DNA from: a virus
Virus record (IMG/VR): IMGVR_UViG_3300045988_182866
Direction: 5' to 3' (one strand)
DNA length: 64,000 nt
Shown here: in pieces, positions 19,362-29,425 of the stretch
Numbering within the stretch: the first letter of the stretch is position 1
Layout: every line of letters begins with the position of its first letter
Notes under the pieces: model-generated
The model's input: only the letters and a program-made list of their open reading frames with translations
Databases searched by the model: none
What the model was told of the DNA's origin: nothing
Translations under genes and position numbers: made by a program

Positions 19362-20150
19362 ATGAGAATTGCTTTTTTAGCCAGTTTAGCTATTTTTATA
19401 GTTTTGTATATCTATATTGTTTATATTCATGAAAACCTTAAAGATAAAAAAGAAAATAAAGAATTCCTTAAGAAAAGAAATAAACTTTCTTACTGGATTA
19501 GAAATTGCCCAACATTTCTAAATCCTGAAAACTTTTTAGGAATGTTTAATAATATTGATACTAATACCCTTAATCTTCAATATTTTCCTGAAGCAATTGG
19601 CCGATATAATTTTATTGACGAATATAAATTTACATTCAAGGAAATGAAAAATCTTATCAATGATTTTATTCCTTGTTTAATTTATGAAAATATTAAAGGA
19701 GATGAAATTATAGTCATTCCTAATACTGACCCTAATGCTAATCCGGTTATTTTATTTGATATTGTTCCCCGGACAAAATTTGAAGATTTAAACGATATTG
19801 GGTTTCTTCCTGAAACTTTTAGCAACTCTAAAACTTATACTATTAAAACTGACCATGAAATAGACGCTATGGATTTTAGAGTTTTTGCAGAAAAGAGTTT
19901 TCAAACTTATAAAATAGGAGCTGCTTCTATCTTGGTTGATAGAGATAAACTTCAAGAAAAAGGTTTTAATGGTTATGGTGTAATTATTCTTTATCTTTCT
20001 GATAAAATGGCAAAAGAATGTATTGATAATGCTGAAAGGAATTGTTTAGGTTCTTGTATAGATAGACTTTACCGGGAAGGACGATTTAAGGGAATTGTAG
20101 CAACTTATGCAACATTTAATCCTAAAGAATATCACATAAATGAATATTGA
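19362..20150 (+). CDS. Hypothetical protein with an N-terminal transmembrane segment, 262 aa.
   Basis: N-terminal hydrophobic helix (IAFLASLAIFIVLYIYIVYI); no other motif. Confidence 0.35.
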   Translation: MRIAFLASLAIFIVLYIYIVYIHENLKDKKENKEFLKKRNKLSYWIRNCPTFLNPENFLGMFNNIDTNTLNLQYFPEAIGRYNFIDEYKFTFKEMKNLINDFIPCLIYENIKGDEIIVIPNTDPNANPVILFDIVPRTKFEDLNDIGFLPETFSNSKTYTIKTDHEIDAMDFRVFAEKSFQTYKIGAASILVDRDKLQEKGFNGYGVIILYLSDKMAKECIDNAERNCLGSCIDRLYREGRFKGIVATYATFNPKEYHINEY

Positions 20151-20862
20151 ACACACAATAAATGGTAATGTTTATCTTTGTGGAGATCTTCATAAAGATA
20201 TAAATGGCATTTTTCAAAAAATTAAAGAACTTAATATTAGAGATTCCTATATTATTATTCTAGGTGATTGCGAAATAGGATTTTATAAAGAAAAGCCGGC
20301 TAAATTTTATAATTATTTCTCTAAACAGCTTAAATTAAGAAATAATACCGTTTATCTTATCCGAGGAAATCACGATAATCCGGAATATTGGCTAAATCCT
20401 ATAAGATCTGAGGTAGAGGAAAAATGGCCAAATATTATTCATCTTAGAGATAATAGCCTTGTTTCTATTAACGATAAAATTTATTTTATTTGGGGCGGCG
20501 CCGTATCAATTGACCGGGCTATTTTGAAAGAAGGTAGTACTTGGTTTAGATCAGAAAGAACAACGCTTAATATTGCAAAACTTTTATTGTTTAAGGATAT
20601 TAAAATTTTTGGAGTATTGGCACATACTGGTCCACGTCCAGATACTTTAGATGATAAACAATTTAAAAGACGTTGTAAATTTGACAAAAGGTTAATTGAT
20701 GATATTATGGAAGAACAATCAAATATTTGTCAAATTATTAATATGTTAAATCCCGAAGTCTGGTTTAACGGACATTATCATACTTCTTTTGAGAAGACCA
20801 CAACCAATGGGACTAAAGTAACATGTCTTGATATTTTGGAAATAAGAAAACTTATTGCTTAA
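20140..20862 (+). CDS. Calcineurin-like metallophosphoesterase (Ser/Thr phosphatase fold).
   Basis: All canonical MPP motifs are present: GDLH, GDxxxG (ILGDCEIG), GNHDN, AHTGP and GHYH. Confidence 0.65.
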   Translation: MNIEHTINGNVYLCGDLHKDINGIFQKIKELNIRDSYIIILGDCEIGFYKEKPAKFYNYFSKQLKLRNNTVYLIRGNHDNPEYWLNPIRSEVEEKWPNIIHLRDNSLVSINDKIYFIWGGAVSIDRAILKEGSTWFRSERTTLNIAKLLLFKDIKIFGVLAHTGPRPDTLDDKQFKRRCKFDKRLIDDIMEEQSNICQIINMLNPEVWFNGHYHTSFEKTTTNGTKVTCLDILEIRKLIA

Positions 20863-20882
20863 TTGTCATTAACTAATGACAT

Positions 20883-21662
20883 ATGACGGATTCAGCTGAA
20901 CCAATTTATCCTGACATTAGACTTTTATATTATTTGTTTGATCCTGAGACAAAAGAATATCTTTGCTTATATTCTCCTGTCCCTAATCCTTATTATAGTC
21001 CTAAGAAAAACCCGGAATCTAAACCTTATATGCCGTTGCCTTCCAATGTAACGGATAAAGAACCATTGGAAACTGCTGAAAATCAAGTTACAGTCTTTGA
21101 CAAGAAGACTCAAAAATGGAGTATTAAGGTTGATTTCAGGAATAAAAAATATTGGGATAAGCAAAGTAAAAAGCTTAATATCATTACCGAAATCGGTAAA
21201 AATCCAGCCAAAACTTGGACGGATATTGAACCCGATGATGACCGAAAAGTTTGGGATGAAGAATCTAATTCTTGGATTTTTCCGATTGAAGTTCTTTATG
21301 AGCTAAAAATTAAAGAAGTTCGAGAGGCTGCCGATAATGCTGCAAATCTCCTTAAATTAAATTATTCTCAAGCAGAATTTGATACTTGGGAGAAACAAGA
21401 AAAAGGAGCCCGGGCTCTTCAAGCAGATCCAGATTCAACAATCCCAGAAGCTGATTTTGTTCGAACATTAGCGGCAACTCGAGGTTTAACTCTTGATGAA
21501 ATGATTACTAAAATTTTAAATGCTGCTGCTCGAGCATTACTTCCAGGGGCTCAAATCATTGGTATTCAACAACGATTAGAGGATGAAGCAAAAGTTGCTT
21601 TAGAGAATAATGATCAAAAGATATTAGAAAATATTAAATTTCCAGATATTAACAGTCTTTGA
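20883..21662 (+). CDS. Hypothetical protein, 259 aa.
   Basis: ORF followed by a strong terminator; tail-fiber-assembly-like features are weak and not asserted. Confidence 0.35.
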   Translation: MTDSAEPIYPDIRLLYYLFDPETKEYLCLYSPVPNPYYSPKKNPESKPYMPLPSNVTDKEPLETAENQVTVFDKKTQKWSIKVDFRNKKYWDKQSKKLNIITEIGKNPAKTWTDIEPDDDRKVWDEESNSWIFPIEVLYELKIKEVREAADNAANLLKLNYSQAEFDTWEKQEKGARALQADPDSTIPEADFVRTLAATRGLTLDEMITKILNAAARALLPGAQIIGIQQRLEDEAKVALENNDQKILENIKFPDINSL

Positions 21663-21665
21663 ATG

Positions 21666-21704
21666 AAATCCCATGGAGATCAATTCTCCATGGGATTTTT
21701 TATT
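21666..21704 (+). terminator. Rho-independent terminator.
   Basis: aaatcccatggaga/tctccatgggattt stem followed by a T-run. Confidence 0.55.
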
Positions 21705-21720
21705 TTAAATAAAAGTCATA

Positions 21721-22566
21721 ATGACTGTCTTAGAATTTGACAAATTTAAAAAGCTGATTACTCCCTGGCCTATTGCCTATTATGGAGAAACTCAAGATCT
21801 TTCTTTAGAGTTTGATCTTCCTACTTGTGCTTGTTTTGAATCAGTTAATAATATTACTTTGAATTTTTATAAGAAAGGCCAAGTTGGAGTTGAAGATAGT
21901 CTTTTAGTTACTTCTGGTGATTTTACATTATTTGACCAAACTACTTGGACTGGACAAGTCTCTTTTACTGGAGAAGCTTTACTTGAATATATTCAATCGG
22001 TGGCTGAAGGGACTGCAGTTATGGATGGAGAATTTATCTTTCAGGTTGCCGGTAATAAAACAATTAAATCTCAAGTTTTTTATGTAAAGATTTATGACTG
22101 CAAGCCTCCTCTTCCTCCGGAGCCAGAATATCCTAACAAGGATGAAATGGATAAAGCTATTGCAGATGCTATTGAAAAGCATAATACTGATTTAAATGCT
22201 CATAAAGATTTATTAATTTCTCGAGTAAATGAAATTGATGTTCTTAATACAACTTCTTTAGAAAATCATTATGTTTATGATGAGATTAATAAAAAATGGA
22301 TTTTTGATACTACTTTAAACGGTAATGTAATTTATATTAATTCTGTAGATTCAACTATCGAATCTTTAATTTTAGATTTCACTAATAATCGAATTGGCGA
22401 TTTAATTAGAATAGTAATCTATAAACCGCTTAATTGTTCTATTTCTTTTATTGCTAAAGACGGTTCTACAGTTTCTTTGGTTGAAGCAGAAAAACCATTA
22501 GATTGGTATATTTTAGAATTCGTACCAATTCGAGATATGGATCAAATTAAAGTTATTAATAAATGA
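21721..22566 (+). CDS. Hypothetical protein, 281 aa.
   Basis: ORF with its own terminator downstream; contains a PPLPPEPEYP linker. Confidence 0.35.
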   Translation: MTVLEFDKFKKLITPWPIAYYGETQDLSLEFDLPTCACFESVNNITLNFYKKGQVGVEDSLLVTSGDFTLFDQTTWTGQVSFTGEALLEYIQSVAEGTAVMDGEFIFQVAGNKTIKSQVFYVKIYDCKPPLPPEPEYPNKDEMDKAIADAIEKHNTDLNAHKDLLISRVNEIDVLNTTSLENHYVYDEINKKWIFDTTLNGNVIYINSVDSTIESLILDFTNNRIGDLIRIVIYKPLNCSISFIAKDGSTVSLVEAEKPLDWYILEFVPIRDMDQIKVINK

Positions 22567-22586
22567 TTTTTTCATAATATAAACTT

Positions 22587-22622
22587 AAAACCCGGATAAG
22601 TTTTTCTTATCCGGGTTTTTAT
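22587..22622 (+). terminator. Rho-independent terminator.
   Basis: aaaacccggataag/ttatccgggtttt stem followed by a T-run. Confidence 0.55.
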
Positions 22623-22630
22623 GTTATAAT

Positions 22631-23866
22631 ATGTTTATAATGTGTTTGTCAAAGCAAGTCAGAATTGCAGTTGTAGGACCACCAGATTCTGGTAAATCAA
22701 CTTTCATTTCCAAAGCAGTAAAAATATTAACAGGGAGAACAGTTAATCCTGATGCCTTAATGAAAGAAGTTCATTATTCCGATGGTAAAGACATTTATGG
22801 AAATGACGATACTAGAACTATTAAATGTGCAAAAATCTTTTGCAATTATTTCGGGCTTGAAATTTGTTTTTATGATTGTCCCGGACATAAAGAATATATT
22901 GACCAAATTAAACAGGGAATAAATGCTGCTTCATTTGTAATTTTCATTAGTGATTATAATAGAAAAGAGGAAAGTGAAAGATATTTTGAATTTATTAAGG
23001 AACTTCTTCCGAAAAATAAAATATTATATAAAATAAATTCTCATTATCCAGTCGATAATAAAAATACAAGTCCTAATTGTTATAATTTCGATACTGAATT
23101 AGGTGAGGATAATTTTCGATCTATAATTTTTGATTTAATAAAAGAAATAAGAGATAATGAATCTATAGAGCTTATTGATGTAGAGGCAGAAGCTATTTCT
23201 TTATTAAAGGAAAATATTGATTCAACAAAGCATAATGCTATTTTCTTTTCTGGAGGTAAAGATTCTTTAGTCGGACTTCATCTTATTAAACAAGCAGGAT
23301 TAATTGATAATTTTTCTGTTTATGTTCCCTGGTCAGGATTTGATTTTCCGGAAGTAAATCATATAATCAATATCTATGAGCTTCTCTTTAAGAAAAAGTT
23401 TTTTAAATTTGATAATTCTTTAGGTCTAGACTATCAAAGAAATACTTCTTATGAATTAATGGAAGCCAAAGCTTTAGCTAATGAAAAACTTATTAAAGAA
23501 AAGAATATTGATTTAGTTTCTATTCAATTCAGAGCTTCTGACGAAGGAGTAAGAAGTAAAGACCATTATATTGTTCAAAAAGAAAATCATACTAGATTTT
23601 CTCCTGTTTTTAATTTTACCGAAGAAAATATTTGGCGATATATTCAAAAATATACTCTTCCTGTTTGCGAACTCTATTTTAAAGGTTACCGTAGTTTAGG
23701 AGATTCTTTTGTTACCGAACCATGTATGCCTCATTTTAAAACAGTAGAAGAAATAATCAAATATATATATGAACACCCTCATACTTCTGAGCGAGATGGA
23801 AGAAAAGCACAAGATAATTCGGTTCCTTTTGCTATGGAACATTTGAGGGATAAAGGATTTTTTTGA
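22631..23866 (+). CDS. cysD: Sulfate adenylyltransferase (ATP sulfurylase): a fusion of a CysN-like GTPase domain and the CysD PP-loop domain.
   Basis: N-terminal half: GTPase G1 VGPPDSGKST and G3 DCPGHKEY (EF-Tu/CysN-type). C-terminal half: PP-loop FFSGGKDS, LYFKGYRSLGD, and TSERDGRKAQDNSVPFAMEHLRDKGFF, which tracks the E. coli CysD C-terminus ([26 protein letters not shown]). Confidence 0.7.
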   Translation: MFIMCLSKQVRIAVVGPPDSGKSTFISKAVKILTGRTVNPDALMKEVHYSDGKDIYGNDDTRTIKCAKIFCNYFGLEICFYDCPGHKEYIDQIKQGINAASFVIFISDYNRKEESERYFEFIKELLPKNKILYKINSHYPVDNKNTSPNCYNFDTELGEDNFRSIIFDLIKEIRDNESIELIDVEAEAISLLKENIDSTKHNAIFFSGGKDSLVGLHLIKQAGLIDNFSVYVPWSGFDFPEVNHIINIYELLFKKKFFKFDNSLGLDYQRNTSYELMEAKALANEKLIKEKNIDLVSIQFRASDEGVRSKDHYIVQKENHTRFSPVFNFTEENIWRYIQKYTLPVCELYFKGYRSLGDSFVTEPCMPHFKTVEEIIKYIYEHPHTSERDGRKAQDNSVPFAMEHLRDKGFF

Positions 23867-24312
23867 TGGATGAAGAAAAATTTAGAAAAATAAATCAATT
23901 TAATAAATGCTTTAAAGCTGAAGATTCACCTTCTATCCTTTGTATTTGTGGAGAAAGCGGATCTGGAAAATCGACATTGGCTAAAAAGATTCTTGAATAT
24001 CGGGAATCTAATGGAAATATTCATCCGACAGTTGTTCTTGATGGAGATGGAGTACGACATTTTGTTACCCATGATTTAGGATATTCTGACGAAGATCGAA
24101 TAAAAAATAATGAAATAATTGCAGGAATTGCTTTTTTATTAGTCGTCCAGGGTTTTAATGTAATTATTTCTACTGTTCGGGCCAATGTCGCCTATAACAT
24201 TCTAAGTCAATATTGGAATCATAATATTCATTGTTTTGTTTGTGACAAATACACCAGAGATACAGAAGAATATAAAGAAGCATATAATAATTTTATTAAA
24301 AATGAAATCTGA
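23863..24312 (+). CDS. cysC: Adenylylsulfate (APS) kinase.
   Basis: ICGESGSGKSTLAKKILEY...VVLDGDGVRHFVTHDLGYSDEDRIKNNEIIAGIAFLLVVQGFNVIISTV aligns with E. coli CysC (LSGSGKSTVA...[33 protein letters not shown]...VLTAFISP). Confidence 0.8.
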   Translation: MMDEEKFRKINQFNKCFKAEDSPSILCICGESGSGKSTLAKKILEYRESNGNIHPTVVLDGDGVRHFVTHDLGYSDEDRIKNNEIIAGIAFLLVVQGFNVIISTVRANVAYNILSQYWNHNIHCFVCDKYTRDTEEYKEAYNNFIKNEI

Positions 24313-25135
24313 ATTAGTTCAAGGACCAATTAAATTTCCTATTGACATTGACCTGGAGAAAATGATTATAACTTCTCCAAATATGAATTTAGAAATAAAA
24401 ATTTATCATGAAGATGAACAAGGATTTTATGTAGATTATCAAAATCAAGTTTACCGTTTAGAATATAATCCAATTTCCAAAAATTATTGGTTTATGTATT
24501 TGAACAAAACACCATTTATTAGAGGATGCTGGTTTGTTCGAGCTAATATTTGTCATAAATTAAAATTTATTTCTTTTATTATCAGCAAAAATGGTTGTTC
24601 TTCTATTTTAAAAACTTCAATGGTTCATGACGGAACATATGATACTATTCAGGATCATTCTTTTATCTGGAATAATCCGCAATATTGTTTCGAAAAGAAT
24701 GTTATTCAAAATATAGCAAAATGCCATGCTTATCCTGACTATATTAAGTTTGTAGTTTTAGAAGATCCATTTAAAAGATTTCTAAGATGGCTGAATTGGT
24801 CCTGGAAAAACAAATATAACAAATACTATAATTTTAATTTATCAAAAGAGGATTTTATTAAAGAACATCTTTGGTCTCTTCCTTATATTACAAGAGAATT
24901 AGTTTGCTGCGATGAACATGTAATTCAACAGGAAAAATATTTTGAACATATCAGAAAAGAAGGATTTGAACCATTAGTTGTTCAATTATCTGATTTACCG
25001 ATTTTCTTTAAAAATCAATTTGGAGTTGAGTTAATTAAAAATAATGTTTCTTCTCCTTCTGAACGTATTTTTACAAAGGAAGATTTTACTGAAGATCAAC
25101 TAAAGGAAATTTATAAGTTTTTGAATATCAAATGA
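24302..25135 (+). CDS. Putative carbohydrate-type (Sulfotransfer_2-like) PAPS-dependent sulfotransferase. The start is taken at the ATG at 24302; the ORF-track start at 24236 overlaps cysC.
   Basis: Candidate 5'-phosphosulfate-binding motif FISFIISKNGCSSILK (PKxGS/T-type) and 3'-phosphate-binding motif VVLEDPFKRFLRW (RDPxxR-type). The gene sits directly downstream of the PAPS-synthesis genes. Confidence 0.5.
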   Translation: MKSELVQGPIKFPIDIDLEKMIITSPNMNLEIKIYHEDEQGFYVDYQNQVYRLEYNPISKNYWFMYLNKTPFIRGCWFVRANICHKLKFISFIISKNGCSSILKTSMVHDGTYDTIQDHSFIWNNPQYCFEKNVIQNIAKCHAYPDYIKFVVLEDPFKRFLRWLNWSWKNKYNKYYNFNLSKEDFIKEHLWSLPYITRELVCCDEHVIQQEKYFEHIRKEGFEPLVVQLSDLPIFFKNQFGVELIKNNVSSPSERIFTKEDFTEDQLKEIYKFLNIK

Positions 25136-25878
25136 AAAAGTTTTTTGTAAACATTTTTACATATAAAGAAGATGAAGAGATTGTAAAATACAGTGCTCTT
25201 TCAGCCAAATATGTATTAGGCGATGATGTTGAAGTAAATGTTATTGATGATAATAAACATCCCATTTCAGAAGAAAAGATTAAAGAATTAAATGAACTTG
25301 GCATTTTTTATCGTCAATCCACTTTTGACAGAAAACATAATTTAAACGGTAAAGAATGTGTCGTTGGTATTTTAGAAGAAATAAAAAAATCTACTAAAGG
25401 GAGGGCCGGAGTATCAATTAAGCTTGATTCAGATACAATGATTGCACATCGGGAGATATTTGATAAGTTTTATGATACTGAAAGCTGTATGTTTGCTGCT
25501 TCTCATCGGCCAGGCAGTATTTTTTCTGGAATATGCTATCTTATTAAAAATGATATTTTAGATAAGATGATTAAAATGGCTAATGACTGTGATATTCATG
25601 AAACGTCAGCCCCCGAAGATATGACCATTGGATGCTTGGCAACTATTTGTTCTATGCCTAATAGCATTTATATTATGCCTGAATGGAATCCCAATAAAAA
25701 AGAGGATGATGGACTTTGTACTGCCTGGAATTATGATTGTGATTTAAAATATATTGAAAAATATTATAAACTTTTCTTTATTGTTACATTTGGAAACTGG
25801 TTTACGGTCAAAGGCAATACCAAAGCTTGCCGAAATAAACCTATGGAGCTCTTCCTTGATCAAATCTTAAATATTTGA
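25132..25878 (+). CDS. Putative GT-A fold glycosyltransferase.
   Basis: An N-terminal Rossmann-like beta-alpha segment, then VIDDNKHP (the 'DD' region) and KLDSDT (DxD-like). Weak. Confidence 0.35.
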   Translation: MKKFFVNIFTYKEDEEIVKYSALSAKYVLGDDVEVNVIDDNKHPISEEKIKELNELGIFYRQSTFDRKHNLNGKECVVGILEEIKKSTKGRAGVSIKLDSDTMIAHREIFDKFYDTESCMFAASHRPGSIFSGICYLIKNDILDKMIKMANDCDIHETSAPEDMTIGCLATICSMPNSIYIMPEWNPNKKEDDGLCTAWNYDCDLKYIEKYYKLFFIVTFGNWFTVKGNTKACRNKPMELFLDQILNI

Positions 25879-28262
25879 ACATCATGCAAAAGTCCGGTAT
25901 TAGTGACAAGACAGGGAAATCTTATATCAATGGAATTTCAGTAACAAACAGTACCATAACTGTTACTGAAGCTACCTCTTTAAATTTCACCATTGGAGGA
26001 CCAATTACTACTACTGTACAAGGAAGTGAAGAAGCATTAATTTCCTTCAATCTTGATGCAGTAAAAAGCAGGGAAGCTTTAGGATTAGGTACTGCTGCTC
26101 TTATTAATACCGGTACAGCATCTGGACAAATTCCTGTTTTAGACGCCCGGGGTAAATTACCTGAGTCTGTCATTGGAGATATTGCCCTATATGATAAGTT
26201 TGATATAGCTTCTGCTGATAATATAAATGATATTGTAATATTTATTAATGGCATTACTACTGGAATTACTCCTAAACAAGGAGATATGATTTTTGTTCTA
26301 GGAGGAAATGTCCAAGGAACCTATTGGATTACAGTCACTAAAACTCCGGGAACTTATACTGCGGATGATATTTCTGGAATTACTACACCGTCTGGAACCA
26401 TTAGTTCTATTACCTTTTTAGGAACAAATTATACTCCTGTCAATGGTATTATTACTCTCCCGGCAAATATTGGCTGGAGTTCTTTAACTGGAATTCCTGC
26501 AGCTTCTGTATCGGCTTCAGGTATTGTTAAATTAAATGATAATACAAATTCTACTTCTACTACTGAAGCAGCAACTGCAAATGCTGTTAAGAAAGTTCAA
26601 GATTTTGCTAGTACCAAAATTTCTGGTATTTGGTTCGAAACTAACCAAGGATTAACTTCAGAACGAAATAGTTTTACTATATTTGGAACTGGCCCAATTT
26701 ATATTGTAGGGAGTGATGCTGGAGATAAATCTCTTATATCAGTAAATTTAGATACTGCAAGAGTTAAAGACTCTTTAAATATTCAATCTATCGCCCCAGC
26801 AGGACCTTATCCTCCGACTATTCCTGAAACCTACGGAACAGGAGCTGCGCCTGAACTTTTAGGTAAACTTGATAGAAGCTTCATGCCAAGAAATATTATT
26901 GGTTTTACATCTTCTTCTAGTTTGCCGCCAGTAAATCCTCCGTCTGATTTTATTCAAGGTTTTGCTTTTACAGCACAGGATAATAATGGTGAGGAAACTC
27001 CTGGTTTTAGTGTTTCTGTTTTTGAAAAGTATTATTCAACTGGAGAAATATGGAAAGGTATTAATTATTTCCTCAATTCTTCTTTAACAGCAACATCCGG
27101 ACCTGACCCAGTTATTCCAGCAACTGGGGCTGATGGTAAATTAGATGCTTCATTTATTCCAGATAGTGTGAGCGGAGGAATTGGCATTGTTAATTCTAGT
27201 AATCCGGGTACAACACTAACTGCTAAAACTTTAAGAATCGGAGCACTAGACGGGTTAGGCGTATCTATTGCACCTCTTGGCCCGAATAGTTCAGAAATTA
27301 ATGTTTTTTATGGATTAGAAGAAACTTCATTTAAATCTTATCTGACTAATACTATTGGCATTAAAACTGCTGCTTATCAAAATACAGGAACTACAAATGG
27401 AACAATCCCTTTAATCGGTGCTAATGATAAATTACCAGCAAGTATTATTCCAGATGAAATTGGCGGAAATTTTAGTTCCTTTACTATTAATAATGGATAT
27501 GAAGCTACTCAAAGTATAAGCTCTAATCCTAATCAAATTAAAATTTGGAACTCTCCATTTTTTATTGGACCTCATGAAGCCACTGATTTAGTTAATGAAT
27601 TATATCTTAATAATGAGGGTGAAGTTACTTTATCTCAGCGTTTTACTGATAGGGCCGCCCTTCGTTATATTACTTGTGTTGAAGATTCAGGTAATTATCG
27701 CTTTACTACATATTATTGTGGCCCCTTATTGATATTTGAATCATTTTCAGCTTATACTAAAGGACCATTTTTAAAGAATTCTACTAATTTTAATTATACT
27801 GGTACTCATCCCGGTGAACTAAGTAATAACGCTTATACTAAAATACAAATAGATCCTTATTTTGCTTTAGCAAGAAGTAATTATATTATAAATAATACAA
27901 CTAGTGGAAGTTTAATTGATATTTATACAGATCTTTTAACTAGAAAATATTATTTTCGGCCAAGCTCATTATCTTCAACAAATACTCTTATCGTTAATCT
28001 TTATATTGATGAAATAACATTACAAAATTACCATATTGATAATACTCTTATTTTAGACCCCAGGAACCTTTCAGTTGCTCCTCAAAATATTCAAATATTA
28101 TTGCCGAATGAAACTACAGGAAACTATAAGCTGTTTATAGACCAGGGCGATGTTGGGACATTAACGAATACTCATCTGTATAATATTAGTATTGGTATTA
28201 TTCGACCAACGGAAAGTCCAGCTCTAATAATGGTAAAATATTCTCAGTTTGTACCAGTTTAA
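25875..28262 (+). CDS. Tail fiber protein, 795 aa.
   Basis: Repeated fiber motifs: GTAALINTGTASGQIPVLDARGKLPESVIGD, GKLDRSFMPRNIIG, ADGKLDASFIPDSVSGG and TNGTIPLIGANDKLPASIIPDEIGG. Gly/Thr/Ser-rich. Confidence 0.65.
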   Translation: MNIMQKSGISDKTGKSYINGISVTNSTITVTEATSLNFTIGGPITTTVQGSEEALISFNLDAVKSREALGLGTAALINTGTASGQIPVLDARGKLPESVIGDIALYDKFDIASADNINDIVIFINGITTGITPKQGDMIFVLGGNVQGTYWITVTKTPGTYTADDISGITTPSGTISSITFLGTNYTPVNGIITLPANIGWSSLTGIPAASVSASGIVKLNDNTNSTSTTEAATANAVKKVQDFASTKISGIWFETNQGLTSERNSFTIFGTGPIYIVGSDAGDKSLISVNLDTARVKDSLNIQSIAPAGPYPPTIPETYGTGAAPELLGKLDRSFMPRNIIGFTSSSSLPPVNPPSDFIQGFAFTAQDNNGEETPGFSVSVFEKYYSTGEIWKGINYFLNSSLTATSGPDPVIPATGADGKLDASFIPDSVSGGIGIVNSSNPGTTLTAKTLRIGALDGLGVSIAPLGPNSSEINVFYGLEETSFKSYLTNTIGIKTAAYQNTGTTNGTIPLIGANDKLPASIIPDEIGGNFSSFTINNGYEATQSISSNPNQIKIWNSPFFIGPHEATDLVNELYLNNEGEVTLSQRFTDRAALRYITCVEDSGNYRFTTYYCGPLLIFESFSAYTKGPFLKNSTNFNYTGTHPGELSNNAYTKIQIDPYFALARSNYIINNTTSGSLIDIYTDLLTRKYYFRPSSLSSTNTLIVNLYIDEITLQNYHIDNTLILDPRNLSVAPQNIQILLPNETTGNYKLFIDQGDVGTLTNTHLYNISIGIIRPTESPALIMVKYSQFVPV

Positions 28263-28264
28263 AA

Positions 28265-28720
28265 ATGGGAGAATTAGGATTAGCTAGAAATAAACGATAT
28301 AATCAAGGTTATTTTTATCCAAAAAATAAACATAAGTTTATCGGAGAATATGCAATTTACCGTTCAGGTTTAGAGTTAAAGTATTTTCAATTTTTGGATA
28401 ATAATCCCAAGTGTATCAAATGGAATTCAGAAGGAGTAAAAATTCCTTATTTCTGGGAAGGAGATAATAAGTGGCATACTTATTATATCGATTTGGCTGC
28501 TTCTTTTAAAAAAGAAAATAAGATAGAAACTTTTTTAATTGAAATTAAGCCTTACCGGCAAACTATAGAGCCTGAAGCAACAAAGCGAAAAAGGAAAAAG
28601 ACTTTATTAACTGAACAAATAACATTCAGTCAAAATCAAAGTAAATGGAAAGCCGCTTCTGAATTTGCATCCAAAAACGGCTTAAAATTTATTATTCTTA
28701 CTGAAAAAGATATTGGTTAA
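28265..28720 (+). CDS. PD-(D/E)XK nuclease-fold protein (TnsA-N/endonuclease-like).
   Basis: YRSGLELKYFQFLDNNPKCIKWNSEGVKIPY...YYIDL...ETFLIEIKP matches the TnsA-N-type pattern (SxLE...W.yE..IPY...Y.PDF...EVKP). Confidence 0.4.
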   Translation: MGELGLARNKRYNQGYFYPKNKHKFIGEYAIYRSGLELKYFQFLDNNPKCIKWNSEGVKIPYFWEGDNKWHTYYIDLAASFKKENKIETFLIEIKPYRQTIEPEATKRKRKKTLLTEQITFSQNQSKWKAASEFASKNGLKFIILTEKDIG

Positions 28721-29340
28721 ATTTCTTCTTCAGTTTCTTTATATTGTTCTTTACCGGTGGGATTAAAGGCAATCAATGTTTCTTCAGAAGGCATTTTCGG
28801 AGTTACCAATACTCGATAAGAATGCCTGTTTGCTCCGGAAGGGCTCATTTCATCAAAATTAAAAGTAATAATATCAGGATATTTCTTTAACGCAGAAACA
28901 TTAGAAATATCTTTAAATTTGATATTTTGAGCTGAACCTTTTCGTCCATATCCTAAGGCTTTTTCTCCACGGTTAAATGTTTTAATTTGACGAGGAATAA
29001 AACTATTATTAATAGGTTCAGTAATTTTAATCGGAGGAACTCGAGTACCGGATCCAATTTGATCGGTATCAACAACAGTAATATAAAAGCCGGGGTTTAA
29101 CTTCATCCATTTTCTTAATTGATCTACGGAAGCCCTTCTCCATTCAGATCCTTTATTAAAGATTTTAGCTAAACTGCCATACTTGTTATCATCATATTTT
29201 AATAAATCCTTAGCCTCTTCTCTGGCTGAAGCTCTTCGTTCTTTATCGGCAAGCTTCCTTTCCCATTCGTCCCACTTTGCGGGATCATCAAAAACTCCTT
29301 CATTAAAAATTTCTAAAGCGATTTGAGATAAATCAGTCAT
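28717..29340 (-). CDS. Hypothetical protein, 207 aa.
   Basis: Minus-strand ORF convergent with the nuclease gene; no motif. Confidence 0.35.
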   Translation of the reverse strand: MTDLSQIALEIFNEGVFDDPAKWDEWERKLADKERRASAREEAKDLLKYDDNKYGSLAKIFNKGSEWRRASVDQLRKWMKLNPGFYITVVDTDQIGSGTRVPPIKITEPINNSFIPRQIKTFNRGEKALGYGRKGSAQNIKFKDISNVSALKKYPDIITFNFDEMSPSGANRHSYRVLVTPKMPSEETLIAFNPTGKEQYKETEEEI

Positions 29341-29419
29341 GAAAGATATTTAAGGAATGAAATTTAATTAAAAATCTTTGCAAAAAGCGCTAATCTTTTA
29401 AAAATTAGTTGTTCATACG

Positions 29420-29425
29420 TAAATA
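29420..29425 (+). promoter_or_regulatory. Late-promoter-like TAAATA element.
   Basis: cgtaaataag lies 20 nt upstream of the prohead protease ATG. Confidence 0.3.
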
